Of a DNA stretch of 64,000 nt, positions 14,224 through 23,744 are shown in pieces. The notes beneath the pieces are model-generated. The model was given only the letters and a program-made list of their open reading frames with translations. It had not been told where the DNA came from and did no database searches. Source of the stretch: Candidatus Fervidifonticultor sextus (GTDB lineage Bacteria > Sysuimicrobiota > Sysuimicrobiia > Sysuimicrobiales > Humicultoraceae); NCBI GenBank assembly GCA_031459875.1, contig JAVKHQ010000018.1, positions 1-64,000 of the forward strand, in the 5' to 3' direction. The position numbers and the translations under genes were made by a program. Within the stretch, counting starts at the first letter, position 1. The number at the start of each line of letters is the position of its first letter.

Positions 14224-14634
14224 GTGCCACCGGTCGCCGCGCCTCGTCTGCACCTGCCTCCCGGCCGACGTCGCCGTTCTACGCCGCGGTGGCTGGGTCC
14301 GCTGGCGGCCGGCGCCCTGCTGCTGGCGCTGACCGCGGCCCTGATCGGGGCCTACTGGGATGGCTACCAGCTCAGACGCGAGGTCATGCGGCTGGCGCGG
14401 GAACGGGAGCAGCTGCAGAGGCGCAACGCGCAGCTGCGGGAGGAGATCAGGCTGCTCGGGGAGCCGGGATACATCGAGCGCATCGCCCGGGAGCAACTGG
14501 GGCTGCTGCGTCCCGACGAGATCGCGGTGATCCTGGTGCAGCCGACCCCGGTGCCGCCAGCTCCACCGGCCGACAGGACGGACCAGGACGCCGCGACCTG
14601 GTGGAGGCGGTTGATCGAGCGTCCGCGCGATTGA
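14224..14634 (+). CDS. Septum formation initiator (DivIC/FtsB family)
   Basis: TM helix, coiled coil, YIERIAREQLGLLRPDE; follows eno. Confidence 0.9.
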   Translation: MPPVAAPRLHLPPGRRRRSTPRWLGPLAAGALLLALTAALIGAYWDGYQLRREVMRLAREREQLQRRNAQLREEIRLLGEPGYIERIAREQLGLLRPDEIAVILVQPTPVPPAPPADRTDQDAATWWRRLIERPRD

Positions 14635-14660
14635 CACCCCGCGCGGCCGGCGCGTATAAT
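14631..14660 (+). promoter_or_regulatory. Consensus sigma70 promoter for the S1-domain gene
   Basis: TTGACA-18 nt-TATAAT; the -35 box overlaps the divIC stop codon. Confidence 0.8.
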
Positions 14661-14716
14661 CCGTCGCGCGCCGGGTGCACGAGGCAGGCGCGGGAAAGGA
14701 GCGTGACATCGCCAGG

Positions 14717-15103
14717 ATGGAAGTGTCCGCCGACAGTTTGATCGGCAGCATCGTCGAGGGCACTGTGGTCAAGATCACGCACTACGGGGCCTTCGTCGAA
14801 CTCCCGGGCGGCAAGAGCGGTCTCGTCCATATCTCCGAGATCGCCGATACCTACGTCAAAGACGTCAAGGACTACCTGAAGGAACAGGAAAAGGTCAGGG
14901 TCAAGGTCCTCGGCCTCAACGAGAAGGGGAAACTCGACCTCTCGGTCAAGCAGGCGCTGTCGCCGGAAGAGCGGCAGGCCCGCACCAAGGCGCGTTCCTC
15001 GTTCGAAGAGAAGCTCAAGGCCTTCATGAAGGAGAGCGAGGAGCGGCTGCTCGACCTCAAGCGGAACACCGAGGCGAAGCGAGGCGGCCGGCGCCGCAAG
15101 TAG
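14717..15103 (+). CDS. S1 RNA-binding domain protein (YabR/YugI-like)
   Basis: GSIVEGTVVKITHYGAFVEL, GLVHISEIAD, SFEEKLKAFMKESEERL. Confidence 0.93.
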   Translation: MEVSADSLIGSIVEGTVVKITHYGAFVELPGGKSGLVHISEIADTYVKDVKDYLKEQEKVRVKVLGLNEKGKLDLSVKQALSPEERQARTKARSSFEEKLKAFMKESEERLLDLKRNTEAKRGGRRRK

Positions 15104-15112
15104 CCCGCGCGC

Positions 15113-15463
15113 CTACTCGATCCCCAGCAGCCAGACCACCTCTTCAAACGCCCGCCAGGTGATGTCGTCGCGCTCGAGCTGGCGCGAGAGCTCGGTGATG
15201 TCGTCCCGCGCGTCCAGGGCCCGGATCTGCTCGTCCATGCGCTCCAGCCGGTTGCGGATGCCGATGATCTCCGCCGACAGGGTGGCCTGGGGGAGGGCGG
15301 CCCGGATCTTCTCCAGGGCGTCCAGCTCGACCCTGCGGGCCAGCCGGTCCATCTCCTGGGCGTCCATCCGCGAATAGACCACCAGGCCGCGGCGTTCCTC
15401 CAGCGCCGCAATCGCCATCTCGCGCAGCATCTTGAGCAGCGGATCGCTGGTCCGAGCCGTCAC
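15113..15463 (-). CDS. Hypothetical helical protein
   Basis: 116-aa ORF with GGAGAGG RBS, in line with the upstream ABC genes. Confidence 0.7.
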   Translation of the reverse strand: MTARTSDPLLKMLREMAIAALEERRGLVVYSRMDAQEMDRLARRVELDALEKIRAALPQATLSAEIIGIRNRLERMDEQIRALDARDDITELSRQLERDDITWRAFEEVVWLLGIE

Positions 15464-15472
15464 GCCTCTCCC

Positions 15473-17299
15473 TCACTCCCCCGGATGCCCGCCCGGTCCG
15501 GCTCCTGCTCCGGCCGGCCGCCGTTCCTGATCACGATATTGCAGTTCGTAGAGCTTGCTGTAAATGCCGCCGCGGGCCAGCAGGCTCCTGTGGGTGCCTT
15601 CCTCGACGATCCGCCCCTTGTGGATCACCACGATGCGGTCTACGTGCTGGATCGTCGAGAGCCGGTGCGCGATGATGATCGAGGTGCGGTTGCGCAACAC
15701 GCGGCGCAGGGCCTCCTGGATGAGAGTCTCGGTCTCGGTGTCCACGCTGCTGGTGGCCTCGTCCAGCACCAGCAGCACCTCGGGGTTGTGGGCGATGGCC
15801 CGGGCAAAGGCGATCAGCTGCTTCTGGCCCACCGAGAGGGTGGCACCCCGCTCCTGGACGGCCGCCCGGTAGCCTCCGGGCAGCCGCTCGATGAACGGAG
15901 CGGCATTGACGAACTCCGCCGCGCGACGCACCTGGTCGTCGCCAATCGCCGCCGTCCCCAACCGGATGTTGTCCTCGATGGTGCCCGAGAACAGGAAGAC
16001 GTCCTGGAGGACCAGGCCGATGTGCCGGCGGAGATCCCGCTGCGCCCACCGCCGGACGTCGATGCCGTCCACCAACACCTGGCCGCGCTGCGGGTCGTAA
16101 AACCGCATGATCAGGTTGATGATCGAGGACTTCCCGGCGCCGGTGTGCCCGACCAGCGCCACACTCTCGCCGGGCCGGATGCGAAACGAGACCCCGCGCA
16201 GCACCCAGTCGCCCGGCTCGTAGGCGAACCAGACATCCCGGAACTCGATCTCGCCCCGCACGCGCTCGACGCGCACCGGCTCCGGCGGATCGGACACGTC
16301 GACCGGCTCGTCCAGCAGCCGGAAGATGCGCTCCGACGACGCCATGGCCGCCTGCAGGATGTTGTACTTCTCGGCCAGGTCCTCGATCGGCTCGAAGAAC
16401 CGCTGCGCGTACTGGACGAACGCCACGACCAGCCCCACGCTGGCGGCACCGGCGAGGACCCGCACGCCGCCGTAGCCGACGATGACGGCCACCGAGGCGG
16501 CACTCAGCACGCCCACCGTGGGGTGGAAGACGGCAAACGAGCGCAGGGCCGCCAGGCTGGCGGCCAGGTGGTCACGGTTCAGCGCGTCGAACCGCTCCTG
16601 CTCCCGGGCCTCCCGCCCGAAGAGCTGCACGACGCCCATCCCCATGATGTGCTCGTTGAGGAAGGCGTTGATGCGCGCCAGGCGCACCCGCACGGCGCGG
16701 TACGACTCCCGCGCCTGGGCGCGGAACCGCGCGGTGAACCCCACGATGGCCGGCAACACGGCCAGGGCGGCCAGGGCCAGCCGCCAGTCCAGATACACCA
16801 TGACGCCCACGATGAGCACCAGGGTGAACAGGTCGCCGAAGACCGCCACCACCCCCTGCGTGATCATCTCGTTGAGGGCGTCGATGTCGTTGGTGATGCG
16901 CGTCACCAACCGACCGACCGGCTGCCGGGTGTAGAATGCGACGGAGAGCCGCTGGAGGTGCCCGAACAGCTCCATGCGCAGGCGATACATCGCCTGCTGC
17001 CCGACCCACTGCATGACGTACGACTCCCCGTAGCGCGCCAGGAACGCCGCCACCAGGGCGCCCACGTAGGCCAGGATGACCGCCCCCAGCCCGTCGAGGC
17101 GACCGGGGGCGATGTGGTCGTCGATGGCGATCCGCACCAGGTAGGGGCCGGCCAGGCTGAACGCCGAGGTGAGCACCAGCAGGACCACGGCCAGGGCCAC
17201 CGCCGGGCGGTACGGGCGGACGTAGCCCAGCAGCCGGCGCATGAGGCGCGCGTCGTAGGCGCGGCCGACCAGTTCGTCCTCGTGGAACATCACGCTCAC
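15473..17299 (-). CDS. ABC exporter fused permease/ATPase (MdlB-like)
   Basis: TM domain, GHTGAGKS, LSVGQKQ, LDEATSSVD. Confidence 0.95.
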   Translation of the reverse strand: MSVMFHEDELVGRAYDARLMRRLLGYVRPYRPAVALAVVLLVLTSAFSLAGPYLVRIAIDDHIAPGRLDGLGAVILAYVGALVAAFLARYGESYVMQWVGQQAMYRLRMELFGHLQRLSVAFYTRQPVGRLVTRITNDIDALNEMITQGVVAVFGDLFTLVLIVGVMVYLDWRLALAALAVLPAIVGFTARFRAQARESYRAVRVRLARINAFLNEHIMGMGVVQLFGREAREQERFDALNRDHLAASLAALRSFAVFHPTVGVLSAASVAVIVGYGGVRVLAGAASVGLVVAFVQYAQRFFEPIEDLAEKYNILQAAMASSERIFRLLDEPVDVSDPPEPVRVERVRGEIEFRDVWFAYEPGDWVLRGVSFRIRPGESVALVGHTGAGKSSIINLIMRFYDPQRGQVLVDGIDVRRWAQRDLRRHIGLVLQDVFLFSGTIEDNIRLGTAAIGDDQVRRAAEFVNAAPFIERLPGGYRAAVQERGATLSVGQKQLIAFARAIAHNPEVLLVLDEATSSVDTETETLIQEALRRVLRNRTSIIIAHRLSTIQHVDRIVVIHKGRIVEEGTHRSLLARGGIYSKLYELQYRDQERRPAGAGAGPGGHPGE

Positions 17300-19044
17300 G
17301 GCGCGCCGGCCTCCTCGGCCTCCAGGGCCTCCTGGAGCAGCTGTTTCTGGTACAGGTCGGCGTAGAGGCCGCCGGCGGCCAGCAGGGCTTCGTGGGTGCC
17401 CTGCTCCACGATGCGGCCGGCCTCCAGCACGACGATCAGATCGGCCCCCCGGACCGTGGAGATCCGGTGGGAGATGATCAGGCTGGTGCGGGTGGCGACG
17501 AACCGGCGCAGACCCCGGAGGATCTCTTCCTCGGTGCGTGCATCCACGCTGGACAGCGCGTCGTCGAGGATCAGGATGGCCGGGTCGCGGGCCAGCGCCC
17601 GCGCCAGGGTCGCCCGCTGCTTCTGGCCGCCCGACAGCGTGACCCCGCGCTCGCCGAGGACGGTCTGGTAGCCCAGGGGGAAGTCTCCCACGTCCCGGGC
17701 GAGTTGCGCGATCTCGGCGGCCTCGCGGACCCGCTGCCCGTCGGGGGCGTCGAGACCGAAGGCCAGGTTCTCCTCCAGCGTGTCCGAGAACAGGAACGGT
17801 TCCTGCGGGACCAGGCCGATCTGCCCCCGCAGGCTCGCCAGGGGGAGCCGGCGGACGTCCACCCCGTCGATCAGCACGGCGCCGTGCGTCGGGTCGAACA
17901 GGCGCGGGATGAGCGAGACCAGCGTCGTCTTGCCGGCCCCGGTCGGACCGACGATGGCGACGGTGGCACCGGCGGGAATCCGAAGGTTGATCCCGCGCAG
18001 CACCGGTGTCCCGTCATAGGCCACCGCCACGTCGCGGAACTCGATCTCCCCGCGCAGCCGGCCGCGCGCCACCGGGGCCGGGGGGTCGGCGACGGCCGGC
18101 TTCACCTCCAGGATTTCTTCCAGGCGCCCCATGGAGGCCAGCCCCTGCTGGAAGAGCGTCACCGTCCACCCCAGGGCGATCATCGGCCACGACAGCATCA
18201 TGAGGTAGCCGAAGAACTGGACGAGTTGCCCCAGGGTGATGCGCCCCGCCGCGACGGCCGTCCCGCCCTGCCAGAGGACGGCGGCGGCGGCCAGGCCGAG
18301 GATCAGGGTCATCGCCGGCCACAGCGCCCCGGAGGTCCGGGCCTGCCGCAGGGACCGCAGGACGTACTCGCGGCTGGCGCGGTCGAACGCCCGGATTTCA
18401 GCCTCCTCCTGCGCGTAGGCCTTGACGACCCGGACGCCCGAGAAGTTCTCCTGCGCCCGCGCCGACAGGGCGCTGAACTGCTCCTGGACCGCCTCGAACT
18501 GGCGGTGGATGCGCCGTCCGAGGGCGACGAAGACGACGCTCACCATCGGCAGGATCAAGAGCACCACCAGTGCCAGCGGCGGATCGATGGCCACCATCAG
18601 CGCGCTGGCAGCCAGGAACATCACCACCGTGTTGGCGGAGTGCATCAGGCCCGCCGAGACCATCCGGCTCACCGCGTTGAGGTCGTTGATGGCCCGGGCC
18701 ATCAGGTCGCCGGTGCGGGTGTGCTGGAAGAAGCCCTGGTGCAGCCGCTGCAGGTGGGCGAAGTAGTCGTTGCGGATCTCGTACTCGATCCGCCGGCCCG
18801 CGCCCAGCATCTTCATCCGCCAGTGGAACCGCACGAAGGCACCCCCCAGCGCGACCCCGACGTAGGCGGCCGCCAGACCCACCAGCACCCGGGGCGGGAC
18901 GCCCGCGCGGATGCCGTCGATGGCCTGCCGGAGGATCCACGGGTTCACCAGCGAGAGCCCGATGGAGCCCAGGCTCAGGACGAAGCCGGTCAGATAGGCC
19001 CGACGGTGCCGCAGGAGGTAGGCGCGCAGCCGCCGGGTCTTCAT
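17296..19044 (-). CDS. ABC exporter fused permease/ATPase (MdlA-like)
   Basis: TGDLMAR, GPTGAGKT, LSGGQKQR, LDDALSSVD (degenerate site typical of heterodimers). Confidence 0.95.
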   Translation of the reverse strand: MKTRRLRAYLLRHRRAYLTGFVLSLGSIGLSLVNPWILRQAIDGIRAGVPPRVLVGLAAAYVGVALGGAFVRFHWRMKMLGAGRRIEYEIRNDYFAHLQRLHQGFFQHTRTGDLMARAINDLNAVSRMVSAGLMHSANTVVMFLAASALMVAIDPPLALVVLLILPMVSVVFVALGRRIHRQFEAVQEQFSALSARAQENFSGVRVVKAYAQEEAEIRAFDRASREYVLRSLRQARTSGALWPAMTLILGLAAAAVLWQGGTAVAAGRITLGQLVQFFGYLMMLSWPMIALGWTVTLFQQGLASMGRLEEILEVKPAVADPPAPVARGRLRGEIEFRDVAVAYDGTPVLRGINLRIPAGATVAIVGPTGAGKTTLVSLIPRLFDPTHGAVLIDGVDVRRLPLASLRGQIGLVPQEPFLFSDTLEENLAFGLDAPDGQRVREAAEIAQLARDVGDFPLGYQTVLGERGVTLSGGQKQRATLARALARDPAILILDDALSSVDARTEEEILRGLRRFVATRTSLIISHRISTVRGADLIVVLEAGRIVEQGTHEALLAAGGLYADLYQKQLLQEALEAEEAGAP

Positions 19045-19045
19045 C

Positions 19046-19813
19046 TCAGGCCTGGGCGTGGGGCGGGGCCAGGGAGACGCCCGCCGCCTCCAGCGCTGCC
19101 TGCGCCGCAGCTGCGAGCTGGGGAGCGCCGGGCGTGTCGCTGTGAATGCACAGCGTGCGCGGCCGCACGGTGATGGTCGTCCCGTCAGGCGTCGTGACCG
19201 TCCCATCGAGGGCCGCCTGAACCGCGCGAGCGGCCACCTGCGCGGGGTCGGTGATCAGGCTGCCGGGTTCGGATCGGGGCACGAGCGTCCCGTCCCGCCG
19301 GTAGGCCCGGTCCAGGAACGCCTCGTAGACCACCGGCACGCCCCGCGCACGGGCGGCGGCGGCCATGGCGGAATTCAGCGGCGCGAACACCGCGAGGCCT
19401 TCAAACGCGGCCGCGGCCTCGGCGATGGCGTCGGCCAGCCCGGCATCGGCCACCGCCATATTGTAGAGCGCCCCGTGCGCCTTGAGGTGCCGCAGGCGCG
19501 TGCCCTCGGCGGCCGCCAGCGCGGCGACAGCGCCGATCTGGTAGATCAGCATCGCCGTCAGGTCCGCCGGCGCAATGTGCATGGGCCGCCGGCCGAACCC
19601 CTGCAGGTCGGGGAACCCCGGATGCGCCCCCACCGCGACGCCGCTGGCGGCGGCGGCCCGGACCGTCCTGCGGATGACCACCGGATCGCCGCCGTGGAAT
19701 CCGCAGGCCACGTTGAGGGAGGTCACGACCTTCAGCAACTCGGCATCGGCGCCGATCGCGTACGCCCCGAACCCCTCACCGCCGTCGGCATTGAGGTCGA
19801 TGGATCGCGTCAT
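19046..19813 (-). CDS. pxpA: 5-oxoprolinase subunit A (LamB/YcsF family)
   Basis: IDLNADGGE, NVACGFHGGDP, GAHPGFPD, HLKAHGALYN, LCIHSDTPGA. Confidence 0.93.
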   Translation of the reverse strand: MTRSIDLNADGGEGFGAYAIGADAELLKVVTSLNVACGFHGGDPVVIRRTVRAAAASGVAVGAHPGFPDLQGFGRRPMHIAPADLTAMLIYQIGAVAALAAAEGTRLRHLKAHGALYNMAVADAGLADAIAEAAAAFEGLAVFAPLNSAMAAAARARGVPVVYEAFLDRAYRRDGTLVPRSEPGSLITDPAQVAARAVQAALDGTVTTPDGTTITVRPRTLCIHSDTPGAPQLAAAAQAALEAAGVSLAPPHAQA

Positions 19814-20532
19814 CGTCGGGCCTCCCGGTCCAGGCGCTGCAGAAACCTCCGAATCGCGGCGTTGGTCGCCTGCGGCTGCTCCAGCATGACCATGTGGCCG
19901 GCCCCCTCCACGATGACCAGATCGGAACCAGGGATCCGCTCGTGGAGGTACCGGCTGTACCTGACCGGCGTCAGCCGGTCGTCCCCGCCGCAGAGGACGA
20001 GGGTCGGCTGCCGGATCCGGCCAACCTCCTCCATGACGTCGAACCGGTCTGCGGCTTCCAGATCGGCCAGCAGCGTCGGAAGGGGCACAGACCGCAGCAA
20101 CGCCAGCGACTTCTCCTTCAACCGGGCCGGAGCCTGCGGCGCAAACCACATGGCGCCGAACGCGTCCACGGCGTCGGCCCGCCCGTTCCGGATTCCCTCC
20201 AGCAGGGCGGGGCCGACCCGCAGCCGCGCCCCCGTACCGACCAGGATGAGGGCGAAGACCTCCTGCGGATACCGCAGCGCCCACCGCAGCACCATCGCCC
20301 CGCCCAGGGAGTGTCCGGCCACGATCCATCCGCGGCCGTGGCGAGGGATCCCCAGGGACGCCCGCAGCGCGTCGAGATACCCGTCGACGCCTTCGGGAGG
20401 GTCGCCGGCACGGCCGGGCAGGTCCGCCGCCTGGGCCCTGGGGAACGCCAGGACCTGATGCTGCCAGACTAGACGGCCCCCGCCGGCTCCGTGCAGGAAC
20501 AGCAGACCCTGACCCTCAACCAGCGCGGTCAC
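19810..20532 (-). CDS. Alpha/beta hydrolase
   Basis: LHGAGG, GHSLGG, D and GH catalytic positions. Confidence 0.92.
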   Translation of the reverse strand: MTALVEGQGLLFLHGAGGGRLVWQHQVLAFPRAQAADLPGRAGDPPEGVDGYLDALRASLGIPRHGRGWIVAGHSLGGAMVLRWALRYPQEVFALILVGTGARLRVGPALLEGIRNGRADAVDAFGAMWFAPQAPARLKEKSLALLRSVPLPTLLADLEAADRFDVMEEVGRIRQPTLVLCGGDDRLTPVRYSRYLHERIPGSDLVIVEGAGHMVMLEQPQATNAAIRRFLQRLDREARR

Positions 20533-21197
20533 CGCTCGCCGGCCCAGACTCCCGGTCGCTCATCGCCTCCCAGCCCGACCAGGAACGGATTGGTGCGGCG
20601 TTCGGCGCCCACGGTCGTGGGGGGCCCGTGGCCGTTGTAGAGCACCGTGTCATCGGGCAGGGTCAGGATGTGCGTCGCAATCGACCGCATCAGGGTCTCG
20701 TAGTCCCCTCCGGGCAGGTCGGTGCGGCCGATGCTGCCCTGGAAGACCACGTCCCCCACGAAGGCCACGCTGTCGCCGACCAGGCACATGTGACCGGGGC
20801 TGTGGCCGGGCGTGTGCACGACGCGGAACGGCGCACCGCCCAGCATGAGGACCTCGCCCGCCCGCAGGAGGCGGTCCGGTGCCGGCGGCGGGGGGACCGA
20901 GATCCCGAAGGTGAGCAGGGCACGTTCGGCGGCGACCTGCAGGACCGGCACCTCAGCCTCATAGAGCAGGAAGGGCGCGCCGGTGGCCGCCACCAGGTCG
21001 CGCACGCCGCCCACGTGGTCGAAGTGTGCGTGCGTGGCGATGATGAGCGTCGCGGTCAATCCCAGATCTGCCAGCGCGGCCAGCACCAGCGGGGCGTCGC
21101 CGCCGGGGTCGATGACCGCCGCCTCACCCGTCGCCTCATCGCCCACGATGTAGCTGTTGGTCCCGATCGGACCGAGTTGCAGGCCCTCGATGATCAT
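20529..21197 (-). CDS. MBL-fold metallo-hydrolase (glyoxalase II-like)
   Basis: THAHFDHVGG, HTPGHSPG, GSIGRTDLPGG, GHGPPTT. Confidence 0.93.
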   Translation of the reverse strand: MIIEGLQLGPIGTNSYIVGDEATGEAAVIDPGGDAPLVLAALADLGLTATLIIATHAHFDHVGGVRDLVAATGAPFLLYEAEVPVLQVAAERALLTFGISVPPPPAPDRLLRAGEVLMLGGAPFRVVHTPGHSPGHMCLVGDSVAFVGDVVFQGSIGRTDLPGGDYETLMRSIATHILTLPDDTVLYNGHGPPTTVGAERRTNPFLVGLGGDERPGVWAGER

Positions 21198-21210
21198 GGT
21201 GAGAAATACA

Positions 21211-21477
21211 TCATCGCGCCGCAGGCGCAAACCCGAGCAGGTAGTCGCGCGCCGCTTCCAGCCGCGAGACCAGGCGGGCGGGCCAGTCCGGCCCGGCGAT
21301 GTCGGCCTCCGGCGCGAAGAGCAGCGCGTGGGCACCGCCCAGGGCCAGGCCGAAGGCGGCCCCCGGGTACGGGTCGTCCACCCAGTGGACGGAACCGCGG
21401 TCGACGGCCAGCGCGGGATCGACCGAGCGGGCGGCCTGCACCAGGCGCCGGTAGGCTTCAGCCTCGGCGAGACGCAT
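21211..21477 (-). CDS. Hypothetical protein
   Basis: 88-aa ORF heading the minus-strand operon, with a TACAAT box upstream. Confidence 0.6.
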   Translation of the reverse strand: MRLAEAEAYRRLVQAARSVDPALAVDRGSVHWVDDPYPGAAFGLALGGAHALLFAPEADIAGPDWPARLVSRLEAARDYLLGFAPAAR

Positions 21478-21511
21478 CGCCCTGTCATTGTAGCGCATCG
21501 AGGTGACGAGG

Positions 21512-22072
21512 ATGAACTGGACTGAGGTCTGGAAGGCCGCGCTGCCGTATGCCGCGTTCCTTGAAGCCCACGGCCAGCCGCAGCATCGCGAGCGGTGGCA
21601 CCGCGTCTACGACCAGGTGATCCTGACCGGCGGGCAGCGGTCGCTGCTGGCGGGCTTCGTGCGGAAGATGCACCTGCTGTGCGTGGCCGGGGCCTGGTGC
21701 GGCGACTGCGTGGTGCAGGGGCCGATCCTCCAGCGGATCGCGGAAGCGTCCCCCGCCATCGAGGTGCGGTTTGTCGACCGCGACGCCCACGCGGATGCGC
21801 AGGAGGCGCTGATGATCAACGCGGGGCGACGGGTGCCGGTCGTGGTGTTCCTCAGCGAGGACTTCCAGGAATGCGGCCGGTTCGGGGACCGGACGCTGGC
21901 GATGTATCGCAAGATGGCCCAGGAGCGGCTGGGCCCGGCGTGTCCGACCGGGCTGGTGGTGCCCACCGACGGATACCTGGACGCGGTGGTCGCCGACTGG
22001 GTGGACGAGGTCGAACGGATCCAGTTGCTGCTGCGGCTGTCGCCGCGGCTGCGCGCCCGGCACGGTGACTGA
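21512..22072 (+). CDS. Thioredoxin-family protein
   Basis: WCGDC, RRVPVVVF. Confidence 0.88.
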   Translation: MNWTEVWKAALPYAAFLEAHGQPQHRERWHRVYDQVILTGGQRSLLAGFVRKMHLLCVAGAWCGDCVVQGPILQRIAEASPAIEVRFVDRDAHADAQEALMINAGRRVPVVVFLSEDFQECGRFGDRTLAMYRKMAQERLGPACPTGLVVPTDGYLDAVVADWVDEVERIQLLLRLSPRLRARHGD

Positions 22073-22074
22073 CC

Positions 22075-22794
22075 GTGCGTCCCCTACCCCACACGACGCC
22101 TGCGGTCCTGGCCCGGATGGCCGGCGGGCTCATTGTGTCCTGCCAGGCGCGGCCCGACAGCCCGCTGCACGGCCCGGTCTTCATGGCGGCCATGGCGAAG
22201 GCCGCTGAGGACGGCGGGGCAGTGGGAGTGCGCCTGAACGGCCCCGACGACATCCGCGCGGCCCGCACGGCGACGGCGTTGCCCATCATTGGCCTCTTCA
22301 AGCGGCGCACAGGGCGCTCGCCGGTCGAGATCACGCCCACCTTCGCCGACGCCGCCGCCGTGGTCGAAGCCGGCGCCGATCTCGTAGCGCTGGACGGCAC
22401 CGGCCGGCCCCGGCCAGATGGGATGCCGCTGCCGGCCCTCATCGCCCGCATCCACGAGGAACTGGGGGTGCCGGTCCTGGCCGATGTGGCCGGGGTGGAC
22501 GACGGCCTGGCCGCCGAGGACGCGGGCGCCGATGCGGTCGCCACCACCCTGTCCGGTTACGTCGACCCGGATCTCGCTCCCCCGGAGGATCCCGACCTCG
22601 ACCTGGTGGCCGCGCTCTCCGGCCGCCTCCACGTCCCGGTGGTCGCCGAGGGCCGGATCCGGACGCCCACCCAGGCCCGGGCGGCCCTCGACCGCGGCGC
22701 CTTTGCGGTGGTGGTGGGGACGGCCATCACAAACCCCCGCGAGATCACCCGCTGGTTCGTCCGCGCGCTGGCGGCGGGCGAGCGGACCCGATGA
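22075..22794 (+). CDS. nanE: N-acetylmannosamine-6-phosphate 2-epimerase
   Basis: GLIVSCQA, PIIGLFK, ITPT, TTLSGY, AEGRI, VVGTAITNP. Confidence 0.92.
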   Translation: MRPLPHTTPAVLARMAGGLIVSCQARPDSPLHGPVFMAAMAKAAEDGGAVGVRLNGPDDIRAARTATALPIIGLFKRRTGRSPVEITPTFADAAAVVEAGADLVALDGTGRPRPDGMPLPALIARIHEELGVPVLADVAGVDDGLAAEDAGADAVATTLSGYVDPDLAPPEDPDLDLVAALSGRLHVPVVAEGRIRTPTQARAALDRGAFAVVVGTAITNPREITRWFVRALAAGERTR

Positions 22795-23702
22795 ACCTGG
22801 ACGCCGCCATCGGGGCGGCTTGGGAGTCCCGAGGGGCCGCGGTGGAGGAGTTGCAGCGGGCCCTGCTGCGACTGGGCTATTACGGCATCCGGTTCGCCGT
22901 CGACGGCGACTACGGCCGCAACACCCTGGGCGCGGTCCTGGCGTGCAAGTACGACCTGGTCACCTTTTACGGGGTGCGGGCGGCCGACCTGGGCTACGCG
23001 CCGGTGGCCGGACACCCGGCCAGCCTGATCGCGTCGGGGACGGTCAATGCAGCGTTCGTCTCCTGCCTGCAGACCCTGCTGGCCGGGCAACGCCTGGGCG
23101 GCCACGAGCCCTGGATCCTCCCAACCCGGGCGCAGGTGGCCGACGCCGACCTCGACGTGCGCGCCTTCCTGGCCGCCGAGGCGCAGCGGGCACCGTTTCC
23201 CCCGCAGCTCCTCTGGCAGATCATCGGGGTCGAGAGCGGCGCCAGCCATTTCGACCCTCTGGGCAACGTGAAGTTCGGCATCGACTGGCTCGGCGGGTCG
23301 TACGCCCAGACGGTAAACTTTGCGCCCGCAGCCTCGCGGGAACCCTGGGTGCGCTCGCGCGGGTGGGGCCTCACCCAGTACACGCCCGCCCGGACCGCGG
23401 CCCTGCCGCGGCCGATGCCCGACTACATCCTCTCGGTCGGCGCCAATCTGCGCACAGCGATCCGGGTGTTCATCAACAAGTTCGAGCGGTTCACGGCGCG
23501 ACACCCCTGCTCGTACCCGTCGGCGGCGGCCCCGTCGTACGACTGCCGCACGTGCCTGCGCGAGCGGGGGTTCGACCCGTCAACCTACAGCGACCAGCGT
23601 CAGGAGCCGTGCTCGTGGCTGAAGGGGGTGTGGGCTTACAATGGATTGACGGCGGCCGGGCGGACGTACATGGAACGGCTGATCCGGCAACTCATGTCCT
23701 GA
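22791..23702 (+). CDS. Peptidoglycan-binding domain plus lytic-transglycosylase-like domain protein
   Basis: N-terminal GAAVEELQRALLRLGY..VDGDYGRNT..AV (PG_binding_1-like); C-terminal VESG, GWGLTQ, N-L, AYNG in SLT motif order. Confidence 0.7.
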   Translation: MNLDAAIGAAWESRGAAVEELQRALLRLGYYGIRFAVDGDYGRNTLGAVLACKYDLVTFYGVRAADLGYAPVAGHPASLIASGTVNAAFVSCLQTLLAGQRLGGHEPWILPTRAQVADADLDVRAFLAAEAQRAPFPPQLLWQIIGVESGASHFDPLGNVKFGIDWLGGSYAQTVNFAPAASREPWVRSRGWGLTQYTPARTAALPRPMPDYILSVGANLRTAIRVFINKFERFTARHPCSYPSAAAPSYDCRTCLRERGFDPSTYSDQRQEPCSWLKGVWAYNGLTAAGRTYMERLIRQLMS

Positions 23703-23744
23703 CAGCGCACCGCCAGCGTGCGGTGCCCACAGAGGAGGCGACGC

